DNA of 64,000 nucleotides, taken from assembly GCA_937870635.1 (NCBI GenBank), contig CALMZP010000083.1, forward strand, positions 5,100 through 69,099, given 5' to 3'. The notes beneath the pieces are model-generated. The model saw only the letters and a list, made by a program, of their open reading frames with translations, did not search any database and had not been told where the DNA came from. The DNA comes from an uncultured Acidobacteriota bacterium. GTDB taxonomy: Bacteria > Acidobacteriota > Thermoanaerobaculia > Gp7-AA8. Shown one piece after another: positions 36,656-45,897 of the stretch (its first letter is position 1; every line of letters starts with the position of its first letter). A program made the translations under genes and the position numbers.

Positions 36656-39043
36656 ATGTCGATACCCCTGATCCTCGCGGCCGTTCTGATCAGTGGCAGT
36701 GAACCCGATTGTCTGATGGCTGCGCGCGCTCAGTACAAGGAAGCAACGGCGGCATTCAAGGCCAGTGATACGGATCGCGCGCGGAAGCTCTATCGCGAGG
36801 CGATCATGGCCTTCACAGAGTTGGAAGCATGGCCCGACTTGCTCAGGTCGTATCACGCCTATCTGTTCGTCGTACCTCATTCCGAGGAACACGACACGTT
36901 CACACGAGGCCTCGATCTCGCCCGCCGCCTGGGCAGTGAGCTTTTCGAAGGCCAGATCCTCCACGCGCACGCTGACAAAGTCTTCGGTCGCGGTGACTAT
37001 GCGCAATCAGCCGAGATCCTCGAAACGGCGATCGTTCTGCTCGAACGATCCGATGGCTCGATGTACCTCGCAGACGCTCTCACGAGTCTGGGACGTCTCC
37101 ACCGCGCTCACGGCCGGCCGGACCTTGCGTTGCCGATCTACGACCGAGCGTTGCGCATCCAGGAAGGGCTCGGCGCAGACCTGGCTGCGATCCAGACGAT
37201 CAACGCCATCGGCATCGCGTATCTGCATCTGGACCAACCGGAAAAGGCGCTCGAACAGTCCGAGCTCGGCTTGCGTAAAGCGCTTGAAACGAACTCCGCA
37301 CGCCACATCAACTTCATGCGCGGATCCGTAGCCGCCGCTCACATTTCGCTCCAGCAATACGAGAAGGCCATTCCGCTGCTGCAGCAGGTTCTCGCGGAAC
37401 CGATCACTCCGTATCTCGCCGCGTACCGCAACTTGAGTCTCGCGCAGGCGTACCTCGGTCTGGGCAGGTACACCGAAGCGATCGACGCGGCGGACAAAGC
37501 CATCGAGCTGTCAAAGGCTGCCGGAGTTGGAGTGGAACCGAAGCTCCCAGCGCTGTTTGCCCGCGCGAGGGCGAAGGCGAGGCTCGGGCGCCAGGCCGAG
37601 GCCATGGCCGACGTCGAGGAGAGTCTCCTCTCCATCGAGAACATACAGGCCAGGCTCGTCCCCGAGGATTTCATGAAGCGAGGATTCATCGATACGTATC
37701 AGACGGTCTTCGGACTCGCGATCGAGCTGCAGAGCGATCGCGGTGCGCATGCCGAGGCATTGCAGACGGCCGAGCAGGCGCGGGCGCGATCGTTTCTCGA
37801 CCTCCTGGCGACGCGCCAGATCGACCCTTCCCCTCTGGTCATGCGGAGCAGTTCCTCGCAGCCGGTGCTGCCGAGCTTCGTGTCCGCCGAGGCTCTGTCC
37901 GGCGAGGAGATCGCCGTCACCGCGCGCGATCTGCGATCCACATTGCTCATCTACTGGGTCAATGAAGACAAGACCTTCATCTGGGTCGTCGACCCCGATG
38001 GAACCATCCACGGCCGAACCGTGCGCATACGTGCGCAGCGTCTCGCCAGTCTGGTGCGACAGAGCTGGGAACAGACCGCTTCCACGCCGACACGCGGGCT
38101 TCTTCTCCGCGGCGGAGAGACGATGACGATCGCGAGGATGGAGCGAACGGCGTGGGCCGAGCTCTATCGCCATCTGATCCTGCCGGTGCGGGACCTCCTT
38201 CCGTCGCAGCGCGGAAGCCTGCTGACCGTCATTCCACATGGGCCATTGTTTCGCCTCTCCTTCGCCGGTCTTCTGGATGAGAAGGACCGCTACCTGGTCG
38301 AGTCGTACGCGATTCACTCCGCGCCGGCGGTCTCGGTTCTGCGATTCATCGCCTCGCGAACGGACGATCGGGACGCGGATGGATACCTGCTTCTCTCGAA
38401 TCCTCGCTTCGGCGCGCCGCCCGACACGAAGGCGCTACCGGCGCTCCCCGGATCAGAGCGCGAAGTGAAATCGATCGCACGACTCCTTAGCAACGAAACA
38501 CGGACGATCCTCAACGGCGGCAACGCCTCGGAGAAAGAGCTTCGAAAGTCGATCGAGGGAAAAGCGGTCCTTCATTTCGCCACACATGGGATCGTGCGGG
38601 ACGATCAGACGCTCGATTCCTTTCTGGCGCTTGCCGCCGGCGACGGTGACAAGAGCAATGACGGCCGCCTCACCGCTGAAGAGATCTACACGCTGAACCT
38701 CGACGCTGATCTCGTCGTCCTCAGCGCCTGCCGGAGCGCGCTCGGAAAAGTATCGGGTGACGGCGTAGCCGGCTTCACCCGGGCGTTCTTCTACGCCGGA
38801 GCGGCGTCGGTGGTGGCAACGCTGGGGGACGTGGCCGACGAGCCGACGTCCTCGCTGCTGCGCGACTTCTATCAGGCGCTGCGCAACGGTTGGTCAAAGA
38901 GCCGCGCCCTTCGCAGCGCGCAACTGGCCATGCTGCGGCGCCTGCGCGCGGGCGAGGTGACCGTCCAGACCATGGCCGGCCCGGCCACACTTCCCGAACA
39001 CCCGATTTTCTGGGCGAGTTTTGTCCTGCAGGGGAGGCCTTGA
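36656..39043 (+). CDS. TPR-repeat plus CHAT-domain (caspase-like) protein
   Basis: N-terminal about 450 aa of TPR repeats. The C-terminal CHAT domain has a His (HFATHGI) and Cys (LVVLSACRSALG) dyad. RBS aaggtga before the ATG. Confidence 0.85.
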   Translation: MSIPLILAAVLISGSEPDCLMAARAQYKEATAAFKASDTDRARKLYREAIMAFTELEAWPDLLRSYHAYLFVVPHSEEHDTFTRGLDLARRLGSELFEGQILHAHADKVFGRGDYAQSAEILETAIVLLERSDGSMYLADALTSLGRLHRAHGRPDLALPIYDRALRIQEGLGADLAAIQTINAIGIAYLHLDQPEKALEQSELGLRKALETNSARHINFMRGSVAAAHISLQQYEKAIPLLQQVLAEPITPYLAAYRNLSLAQAYLGLGRYTEAIDAADKAIELSKAAGVGVEPKLPALFARARAKARLGRQAEAMADVEESLLSIENIQARLVPEDFMKRGFIDTYQTVFGLAIELQSDRGAHAEALQTAEQARARSFLDLLATRQIDPSPLVMRSSSSQPVLPSFVSAEALSGEEIAVTARDLRSTLLIYWVNEDKTFIWVVDPDGTIHGRTVRIRAQRLASLVRQSWEQTASTPTRGLLLRGGETMTIARMERTAWAELYRHLILPVRDLLPSQRGSLLTVIPHGPLFRLSFAGLLDEKDRYLVESYAIHSAPAVSVLRFIASRTDDRDADGYLLLSNPRFGAPPDTKALPALPGSEREVKSIARLLSNETRTILNGGNASEKELRKSIEGKAVLHFATHGIVRDDQTLDSFLALAAGDGDKSNDGRLTAEEIYTLNLDADLVVLSACRSALGKVSGDGVAGFTRAFFYAGAASVVATLGDVADEPTSSLLRDFYQALRNGWSKSRALRSAQLAMLRRLRAGEVTVQTMAGPATLPEHPIFWASFVLQGRP

Positions 39044-39044
39044 G

Positions 39045-39191
39045 GATTCACCACAGAGGCACAGAGGACACAGAGTTCGTTCCGAAAGGCCATGCGTTTT
39101 ACGAAGGGATCCGTCACTCGTCACTCGTCACTCGTCACTCGTCACTCGTCACTCGTCACTCGTCACCCAAAGGTCCAAGGTCCGAGGTCAC
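39045..39191. repeat. mixed tandem repeats: CACAGAGG x3, CGTCACT x7, then (C)AAGGTCC units
   Basis: Visible in sequence immediately after the CHAT gene stop. The CGTCACT-AAGGTC combination also occurs at 28226-28250. Confidence 0.6.
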
Positions 39192-39231
39192 GGGGTCCAG
39201 CCGAGAGGTGAAAGCCGGTTAAGATGCGCCC

Positions 39232-40245
39232 GTGTTCTCGCGCGACCGCCTTCTCCAGCTCACTGAAGCCATGCAGGGGAAGCTCGTGGTCGTCTACGGC
39301 GACATCGTGGCGGACCGCTTCATCTACGGAACACCGAAGCGGATCTCTCGCGAAGCGCCGGTGCTCATCCTCCGTCAGTATCGCGACGACGTGCTTCTGG
39401 GCGGTGCGGGCAACGCGATGAACAACATCCTCGCGCTCGGCGGACTCCCGATCCCGGTCTCCGTGGTCGGCGCCGACGCGGAAGGCGATGCGCTGATCGA
39501 GCGCCTGACCGCGCAAGGCATCGACTGCAGCGGCGTCCTGCGGGTCGAGCGCTACAAAACTCCCACGAAAGTGCGCATCCTCGGCGGCATGCCTCACGCG
39601 GCGCGGCAGCAGATCGTGCGCTATGACATCGAGGATTCACTCACGATCACCGAACAGGAAGCCGATCGCTTCGCGTGGCTGCTGCGCGATCAGATCTCGA
39701 TCTGTCACGCGGGACTCATCAGCGACTACGGTTATGGGGTCGTCACGCCGTCGCTCGCCTCGAACCTCACCGGATACTCGAGGGGAAAACCGGTGACGCT
39801 CGATTCGCGGTATGACCTGTTGCGGTATCCCGATGTCACCGCCGCCACGCCAAACGAAGAGGAGGCGGCGGCCGCGGCTGGAATGTCCCTCGCGGAGGAT
39901 GACGGCGGCGAGAATGCGGAGTTCGTGGGACAGACGCTGCAGCAGAGCCTCGATTGCGAAGCGATTCTGATCACGCGCGGAAGCCGCGGGTCAATGCTGC
40001 TCGAGCGCGGCGGGAGGCCGGTGTTCCTTCCCGTTCACGGCACCGACCAGGTGGCGGATGTCACCGGCGCCGGGGACACGGTCATTGCCTCGTTTACGCT
40101 CGCACTCGCCGCCGGTGGCTCGTACCTCGAGGCCGCGAAGCTGGCCAATTACGCCGGCGGCATCGTGGTCATGAAGATGGGAACGGCCACCGCATCGAAC
40201 GAAGAGCTTCGCCACGCGATCGAGCGCGACGAGGGGCTGGAGTAA
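39232..40245 (+). CDS. hldA: D-glycero-beta-D-manno-heptose-7-phosphate kinase (RfaE domain I / HldA-like, PfkB family)
   Basis: PfkB ribokinase-like signature (GGAGNAMNN; DVTGAGDTVIASFTLALAAG). GTG start. Confidence 0.85.
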   Translation: MFSRDRLLQLTEAMQGKLVVVYGDIVADRFIYGTPKRISREAPVLILRQYRDDVLLGGAGNAMNNILALGGLPIPVSVVGADAEGDALIERLTAQGIDCSGVLRVERYKTPTKVRILGGMPHAARQQIVRYDIEDSLTITEQEADRFAWLLRDQISICHAGLISDYGYGVVTPSLASNLTGYSRGKPVTLDSRYDLLRYPDVTAATPNEEEAAAAAGMSLAEDDGGENAEFVGQTLQQSLDCEAILITRGSRGSMLLERGGRPVFLPVHGTDQVADVTGAGDTVIASFTLALAAGGSYLEAAKLANYAGGIVVMKMGTATASNEELRHAIERDEGLE

Positions 40246-40312
40246 TTTTGGATTTGCGATTTTGGATTTTGGATTGAACCCCAAATCCAAAATCCAAAAT
40301 CCAAAATCGAAA
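40246..40312. repeat. TTTTGGA/TCCAAAA inverted-arm palindrome between hldA and hldC
   Basis: ttttggatttgcgattttggattttggattg aacccc aaatccaaaatccaaaatccaaaatcgaaaa. Confidence 0.75.
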
Positions 40313-40801
40313 ATGACAACAAACGCTCCTATCGTCGAAGAAGCTGAGTTGACCCGAATCGTCGAAGAAGAACGCCGGGCCGGACGCACGATTGCATTCG
40401 CCAACGGCGTCTTCGACATCCTCCACGTCGGCCATGTGCGTTATCTCCAGGGAGCGGCCGCGGTCGCGGACCGGCTGATCGTGGCGGTCAACAGCGACGA
40501 ATCGGTCCGCGAGCTCAAGGGCGCGGGCCGCCCGGTGACGGGTGAGCGGGAACGCGCCGAGATCATCTCCGCGATCCGCGGTATCTCCTGGGTCACCATC
40601 TTCCGGGAGAAGAGTCCGGCGCGCCTTCTCGCCGTGCTGCGCCCCGACTTTCAGGCGAAGGGGACTGATTACACGCCCGACACCGTGCCGGAGGCCTCCA
40701 TCGTGCGAGGGTACGGCGGGAAGGTCGTGATCGTGGGCGATCCGAAGGATCACTCGACGACCGATCTCCTCCATCGGATGAAGAAGAGCCCGGGGAACTG
40801 A
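40313..40801 (+). CDS. hldC: D-glycero-beta-D-manno-heptose-1-phosphate adenylyltransferase (RfaE domain II / HldC-like)
   Basis: Cytidylyltransferase-like motif (FANGVFDILHVGHVRYLQ...ISW). Start at MTTNAP, because the upstream ORF part lies in the palindrome. Confidence 0.85.
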   Translation: MTTNAPIVEEAELTRIVEEERRAGRTIAFANGVFDILHVGHVRYLQGAAAVADRLIVAVNSDESVRELKGAGRPVTGERERAEIISAIRGISWVTIFREKSPARLLAVLRPDFQAKGTDYTPDTVPEASIVRGYGGKVVIVGDPKDHSTTDLLHRMKKSPGN

Positions 40802-40805
40802 CGCG

Positions 40806-41726
40806 GTGCGTATTCTCGTCACGCGCCTCTCAGCTCTCGGCGACGTCATTCACACGATTCCGGCAGTCTCGCTTCTCACGCCGGTTGCAGAGGTGTCATG
40901 GGTCATCGAGGAGCCATACGCGGAGCTCGTCGAGCTCGTGACCGGCGTCAAGCCCATTCCCGTCCGGCTGCGCCGCTGGTCACGGGCACCGCTCGCGTCG
41001 CGCGAGGCGGCGAGCCATGCGCTGCGGAGCATGCGCGGCTTCGACGTGGCTGTCGATTTTCAGGGATTGATCAAGTCGGCCGGGCTCGCATGGCTTTCGC
41101 GCGCACCGGTCCGTTACGGGTTCGATGCGGAGGCAGTTCGTGAGAAAGCGGCTCTGGCATTCACGAACCGCAGGATCTCCGTCGATCGAACCCGGCACGT
41201 CGTCGACTGGAACCGCCAGCTCGCCGAGGCCGTGACGGCGAATCGCGAAGCGTCGCCGGAGCGATGGACGTCGTTCGCGTCCGACCCTCACGGCAAAACA
41301 GATCGGTACGCGGGGCGCATCGTCCTCCTTCCCGGCGCCGGAAAGCCGAACAAGCTGTGGTCATCAGCGGGCTTCCGCGCGATCGTCGACCGTTATCCGG
41401 GACGGACCGTCGTCGCCTGGGGTCCCGGCGAACGGCATCTTGCAGACGCGATCGGAGGCGACATCGCCCCCGACACCAGCCTGCGCGAGCTGGCCGCACT
41501 CCTGGGCAAGGCTGTCGCGGTCGTGGGCGCCGACACGGGACCGATTCATCTCGCGGCGGCGATGGGTGTGAAGGTCATAGGACTTTATGCGCCGACCGAC
41601 CCGCGGAGGAATGGACCGTATGGGCAGATTGATTCAACTATCGACCACTACCGCATCGATCAGCGTGCGATGGACACGATCCGGGTGGAAGAAGTGCTGG
41701 CGAAGCTCGAGGAGGTGCTGGGATGA
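40806..41726 (+). CDS. ADP-heptose:LPS heptosyltransferase (GT9, WaaC/WaaF family)
   Basis: MRILVTRLSALGDVIHTIPA N-terminus and C-terminal TGPIHLAAAMGVKVIGLYAPT are typical GT9 motifs. Confidence 0.85.
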   Translation: MRILVTRLSALGDVIHTIPAVSLLTPVAEVSWVIEEPYAELVELVTGVKPIPVRLRRWSRAPLASREAASHALRSMRGFDVAVDFQGLIKSAGLAWLSRAPVRYGFDAEAVREKAALAFTNRRISVDRTRHVVDWNRQLAEAVTANREASPERWTSFASDPHGKTDRYAGRIVLLPGAGKPNKLWSSAGFRAIVDRYPGRTVVAWGPGERHLADAIGGDIAPDTSLRELAALLGKAVAVVGADTGPIHLAAAMGVKVIGLYAPTDPRRNGPYGQIDSTIDHYRIDQRAMDTIRVEEVLAKLEEVLG

Positions 41727-42475
41727 GGGGAACGTTCGCTGCGATGCTCGTGGTGCTCATCGCCACCGCTGCCACGGCCGGGGTCGATGACATCTTCCGC
41801 GAAGGGGAAACCCTTGATTACACCCTTCAGTGGACGCGGATCTCCGGTGGCTCGGCGCGGATGACCATCTCCCCCCTGAACGGCGACCGCTATCGCATCA
41901 CCTCGGTCGGAAAGTCCGGTGCCTTCTTCTCGCGCTTCTTCAAGGTCCGCGACGAGATCGAAGCCATCGTCACCCGCGACACGTTCTCCACCCTTCAGTA
42001 CCACAAGGTGCTCGACGAGCGCGGCAGGAAGAAGGACGAGCTGACCGTCATCGACCGTCAGAAAAACGCCGCCACGCGCCAGGGGAAGATCATCGAGGTC
42101 CCCGAGCGTGTTTACGATCCGCTCTCGCTGATCTACCACCTCCGTACGCTGGACCTGAAGCCCGGGACGAGCCATGAGTTCACGATCATCGCGGACGGAA
42201 AGATCTACGTCGTGCACGCCAACGTGACAGGGCGCGAGACCATCACGACACCGGCCGGCAAATACGACTGTGTCATCGTCGAGCCGAAGATGGCGTCGAC
42301 GGCCGGCGTGTTCCGGGACGACCAGAATCGCATGCTCATCTGGTACACGAACGATGACCGCCGGATCCCGGTCCGGATCCGGTCGGATGTCAACATCGGG
42401 TCGATCACAGCCACGCTCCGAGCGATCACGCCCGGCGTCACGTCGACGGAACCGGTGACCCAGAGGGGACAGTGA
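41723..42475 (+). CDS. DUF3108-like secreted protein
   Basis: Signal peptide and all-beta pattern resembling DUF3108. This is a weak assignment from memory. Confidence 0.5.
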   Translation: MRGTFAAMLVVLIATAATAGVDDIFREGETLDYTLQWTRISGGSARMTISPLNGDRYRITSVGKSGAFFSRFFKVRDEIEAIVTRDTFSTLQYHKVLDERGRKKDELTVIDRQKNAATRQGKIIEVPERVYDPLSLIYHLRTLDLKPGTSHEFTIIADGKIYVVHANVTGRETITTPAGKYDCVIVEPKMASTAGVFRDDQNRMLIWYTNDDRRIPVRIRSDVNIGSITATLRAITPGVTSTEPVTQRGQ

Positions 42476-42603
42476 CTGGACCTTGGACCTTGGATCTTCG
42501 ATCTTGGGAGAGGCGGCCGCACGGGGTGGTGTCGCTGGCTCGATCGCGCGAATCACGTTCTGCAGATTTCCAAGGTCCAAGGTCCAGGGTCCAAGGTCCA
42601 CCA
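42476..42603. repeat. GGACCTTG inverted-arm palindrome with about 55-nt spacer
   Basis: tggaccttggaccttggatcttcgatcttgg ... ccaaggtccaaggtccagggtccaaggtcca. Confidence 0.7.
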
Positions 42604-42817
42604 CGATAGAACCCGGATTTCCCGGAGTGGCGAACCGCGCCTAGGCATCCCCCTCTGAATGTGTCAAAATAACTCCCAAAGGGCTTCGTGCGTCACTTTG
42701 CGGGTGCTACACTCGCCGGACTCGACGTTCCAGAAACTACGGTTAGTCAGAGCGTTCCGACTGAATGCACCCCGAGGCACGAATTCCGTCTGGTCCAATC
42801 GGAGTAGGTGACAGCGT

Positions 42818-44533
42818 ATGAGCGTACGCCTCGGCGAACTGCTGACTAAAGCCGGGCTGATCAATCAGGATCAGCTCAAAGATGCACTCAAGGTGCAGAA
42901 GGAAACGGGCAGCAAGCTCGGTGAGACCCTCATCAAGCTGGCCTTCGTGACCGAAGAAGACATCACCGAATGCCTTTCCCAGCAGTTCGGCGTTCCTTCG
43001 ATCAACCTCTCTCACTTCGAGATCGATCCCAGCGTCATCAAGCTGATCCCGGCTGACGTCGCGCGTAAGTACAACATCCTTCCGGTCAACAAGCCGGGGG
43101 CGACGATCACCATCGCCATGGCCGATCCGACGAACGTGTTCGCCATGGACGACATCAAGTTCATGACCGGCTACAACGTCGAGCCGGTCGTGGCCTCGGA
43201 ACTGGGGATCAAGGCCGCCATCGACAACTACTACGGGTCGACGTCATCGCTCGAGCTGAAGAAGGTCATGGAAGACCTTCAGCAGACCGAGGCCGCGGAC
43301 CTCGAGGTTCTCGAAGAGGAAGAAGAGCTGGATGTAGCGGCTCTGGCGGAAGGCGCGGAAGAGGCGCCGGTCGTCAAGCTCTGCAACCTGATCCTGACCG
43401 ACGCCATCAAGCGCGGCGCGTCGGACATTCACATCGAGCCTTACGAGAAGGAGTACCGCGTCCGGTTCCGCGTCGACGGCACGCTGTACGAGATCATGAA
43501 CCCGCCGCTCAAGCTGCGCGACGCCATCACCTCGCGCATGAAGATTCTGGCGAAGCTCGACATCTCGGAGAAGCGCCTCCCGCAGGACGGGCGCATCAAG
43601 CTGAAGATGAAGCTCAACGACAAGAACAAAGAGCTCGACTTCCGCGTGTCGGTGCTGCCGACGCTCTTCGGCGAAAAGATCGTCATGCGTCTTCTCGACA
43701 AGGACAACCTTCGTCTGGACATGACCAAGCTCGGCTTCGAGCCGGAGTCGCTGGCGGTTTTCGAAGAGGCGATTTTCAAGCCGTGGGGCATGGTGCTCGT
43801 GACCGGGCCGACAGGATCGGGCAAGACCAATACGCTCTATTCGGCGCTGTCGAAGGTGAACTCGCCCGAAGTGAACATCATGACCGCCGAGGATCCGGTG
43901 GAGTTCAACCTTCCGGGGATCAATCAGGTGCAGATGAAGGAGTCGATCGGGCTGAATTTCGCCGCGACGCTCCGGTCGTTCCTCCGGCAGGATCCGAACA
44001 TCATCCTGGTGGGCGAGATCCGCGACTTCGAAACGGCGGAGATCGCGATCAAGGCCGCACTCACGGGGCACCTCGTGCTCTCCACGCTTCACACGAACGA
44101 CGCCCCCTCGACGATCAACCGTCTGATGAACATGGGGATCGAGCCGTTCCTGGTGGCTACGTCCGTGCAGCTGATCGCCGCGCAGCGCCTGGCGCGGCGC
44201 ATCTGCGGCGCCTGCAAAGAGGTGGTGGACGTGTCGCCGCAGGCGCTCATCAACCTCGGATACAAGAAGGATGAGGTGGGGACGTTCACCGTCTACAAGG
44301 GGCGGGGCTGCGACAAGTGCAACAACACCGGTTACAAGGGGCGGGTGGGCCTGATCGAGGTCATGAAGATCGACGACGACCTCCGGGAGCTCATTCTCTC
44401 GGGCGGGACGGCCATCGACATCAAAAAGAAAGCGGCGGAAAACGGCATGATCAGCCTTCGCCGTTCGGGTTTGGTTAAAATCAAGGACGGTGTCACGACG
44501 ATTGAAGAAGTCGTCCGGGAGACCGTGCTGTAG
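42818..44533 (+). CDS. pilB: type IV pilus assembly ATPase PilB (GspE family)
   Basis: N-terminal GSPII domain, Walker A GPTGSGKT, and the tetracysteine motif C..C...C..C. Confidence 0.9.
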   Translation: MSVRLGELLTKAGLINQDQLKDALKVQKETGSKLGETLIKLAFVTEEDITECLSQQFGVPSINLSHFEIDPSVIKLIPADVARKYNILPVNKPGATITIAMADPTNVFAMDDIKFMTGYNVEPVVASELGIKAAIDNYYGSTSSLELKKVMEDLQQTEAADLEVLEEEEELDVAALAEGAEEAPVVKLCNLILTDAIKRGASDIHIEPYEKEYRVRFRVDGTLYEIMNPPLKLRDAITSRMKILAKLDISEKRLPQDGRIKLKMKLNDKNKELDFRVSVLPTLFGEKIVMRLLDKDNLRLDMTKLGFEPESLAVFEEAIFKPWGMVLVTGPTGSGKTNTLYSALSKVNSPEVNIMTAEDPVEFNLPGINQVQMKESIGLNFAATLRSFLRQDPNIILVGEIRDFETAEIAIKAALTGHLVLSTLHTNDAPSTINRLMNMGIEPFLVATSVQLIAAQRLARRICGACKEVVDVSPQALINLGYKKDEVGTFTVYKGRGCDKCNNTGYKGRVGLIEVMKIDDDLRELILSGGTAIDIKKKAAENGMISLRRSGLVKIKDGVTTIEEVVRETVL

Positions 44534-44551
44534 GGCTCTGGGAGAAGATCA

Positions 44552-45679
44552 ATGGCAGTCACACTGCATCAGTTGCTGAAGACCATGGTCGAGCGTGGAG
44601 GAAGCGATCTTCACGTGACGACCAATTCCGCGCCGCAGATCCGCATCGACGGCAAGCTCGTTCCGCTGGACATGCCGGCGCTGACGGCTCCGGAGACCAA
44701 GCAGCTGGCGTATTCGGTGCTCACGGACGCGCAGAAGCACCGCTTTGAAGAGAACCTCGAGCTCGATCTTTCGTTCGGCATCAAGGGACTGGCGCGGTTC
44801 CGGGCCAACATTTTCAACCAGCGCGGCGCGACCGCCGCTGTCTATCGTCAGATTCCCTACGAGATCCTCAGCTTCAAAGATCTGGGACTTCCCGCCGTCG
44901 TCGAGGAGATCTGCGCGAAGCCGCGCGGGCTCGTCCTCGTGACGGGGCCGACCGGCTCCGGCAAATCGACGACGCTCGCCGCGATGATCGACAAGATCAA
45001 CCGAGAGACGCATCAGCACATCATCACGATCGAGGATCCGGTGGAGTTTCTCCACTCGCACAAGAACTGCGTGGTGAACCAGCGCGAGCTGCACGCCGAC
45101 ACGCATTCGTTCGGCAACTCGCTCAAGTCCGCGCTGCGCCAGGATCCGGACGTGGTGCTCATCGGTGAGATGCGCGACCTCGAGACCATCGAGTCCGCGC
45201 TGCGCATCGCCGAGACGGGCCACCTGACCTTCGGCACGCTCCACACGAACTCCGCCGCACAGACGATCAACCGCGTCGTCGACGTTTTTCCCGCTCACCA
45301 GCAGCCGCAGATTCGCGCGCAGCTGTCGTTTGTTCTGGAAGGGATCATGTGCCAGGCCCTTCTTCCGAAGGCGAACGGCAAGGGCCGCGTGATGGCCATG
45401 GAGATCCTGGTTCCGAACGCCGCCATCCGCAATCTCATCCGCGAGGACAAGGTCCACCAGATCTACTCGATGATGCAGACCGGCCAGGCGAAGTACGGGA
45501 TGCAGACCTTCAATCAGTCTTTGGCCACGCTGTACTTCAAGAAGCACATCTCGCTACAGACGGCGCTCAGCCGTTCATCGAATCCCGACGAGTTGCAGGA
45601 AATGATCTCGCGCGGGGCAGGAGCCATTCAGCAACAGCAGCCGGGCGGCGGTCCCGCGCGGCCGCAGCGGCCAGCGTAA
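44552..45679 (+). CDS. pilT: twitching-motility retraction ATPase PilT
   Basis: GSDLHV N-terminus, Walker A GPTGSGKST, and the PilT C-terminal region. Confidence 0.9.
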   Translation: MAVTLHQLLKTMVERGGSDLHVTTNSAPQIRIDGKLVPLDMPALTAPETKQLAYSVLTDAQKHRFEENLELDLSFGIKGLARFRANIFNQRGATAAVYRQIPYEILSFKDLGLPAVVEEICAKPRGLVLVTGPTGSGKSTTLAAMIDKINRETHQHIITIEDPVEFLHSHKNCVVNQRELHADTHSFGNSLKSALRQDPDVVLIGEMRDLETIESALRIAETGHLTFGTLHTNSAAQTINRVVDVFPAHQQPQIRAQLSFVLEGIMCQALLPKANGKGRVMAMEILVPNAAIRNLIREDKVHQIYSMMQTGQAKYGMQTFNQSLATLYFKKHISLQTALSRSSNPDELQEMISRGAGAIQQQQPGGGPARPQRPA

Positions 45680-45693
45680 CGCCGGCCGGAAGC

Positions 45694-45897
45694 GAGTAGG
45701 AGGAAGCAATGCCGACATTCGAGTGGAAGGTCGGCAAGTTCATGCCGAGCGTAGCGAGGCATCAGCGGTACCGGGCGGAGCAGGCGCGACCTGCTGGAAG
45801 GTAATGAGTCAGGGCTTCGGGTTCCGGAGATCCCTCGCTTCGCTCGGGATACAGTCGTTGGAGTAGGAGGAAGCAATGCCGACATTCGAGTGGAAGG
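45694..45897. repeat. 37-bp perfect direct duplication of the pilC RBS, start and first 7 codons, flanking a 130-bp insert with a ccctcgcttcgctcggga hairpin
   Basis: gagtaggaggaagcaatgccgacattcgagtggaagg at 45694-45730 and again at 45861-45897. The upstream copy opens a 31-codon decoy ORF. Confidence 0.7.

Noticed and set aside
40262-40312. N-terminal extensions reading FGFWILDFG / KSKIQNPKSKI at 40262, 50710, 50896 and 11754
   Set aside because: These peptides are translations of the TTTTGGA/TCCAAAA palindrome, which is stop-free in all frames. For hldC, the methyltransferase and the TPR/beta-barrel gene a conventional ATG lies just downstream of the repeat; only ggt remains ambiguous.
42604-42817. 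Possible tRNA or sRNA in the 215-bp region upstream of pilB, and in other spacers >150 bp (17050-17295, 23431-23656)
   Set aside because: No cloverleaf-compatible segment or conserved tRNA boxes were spotted by eye. They are left as unexplained leaders rather than called as RNA genes.
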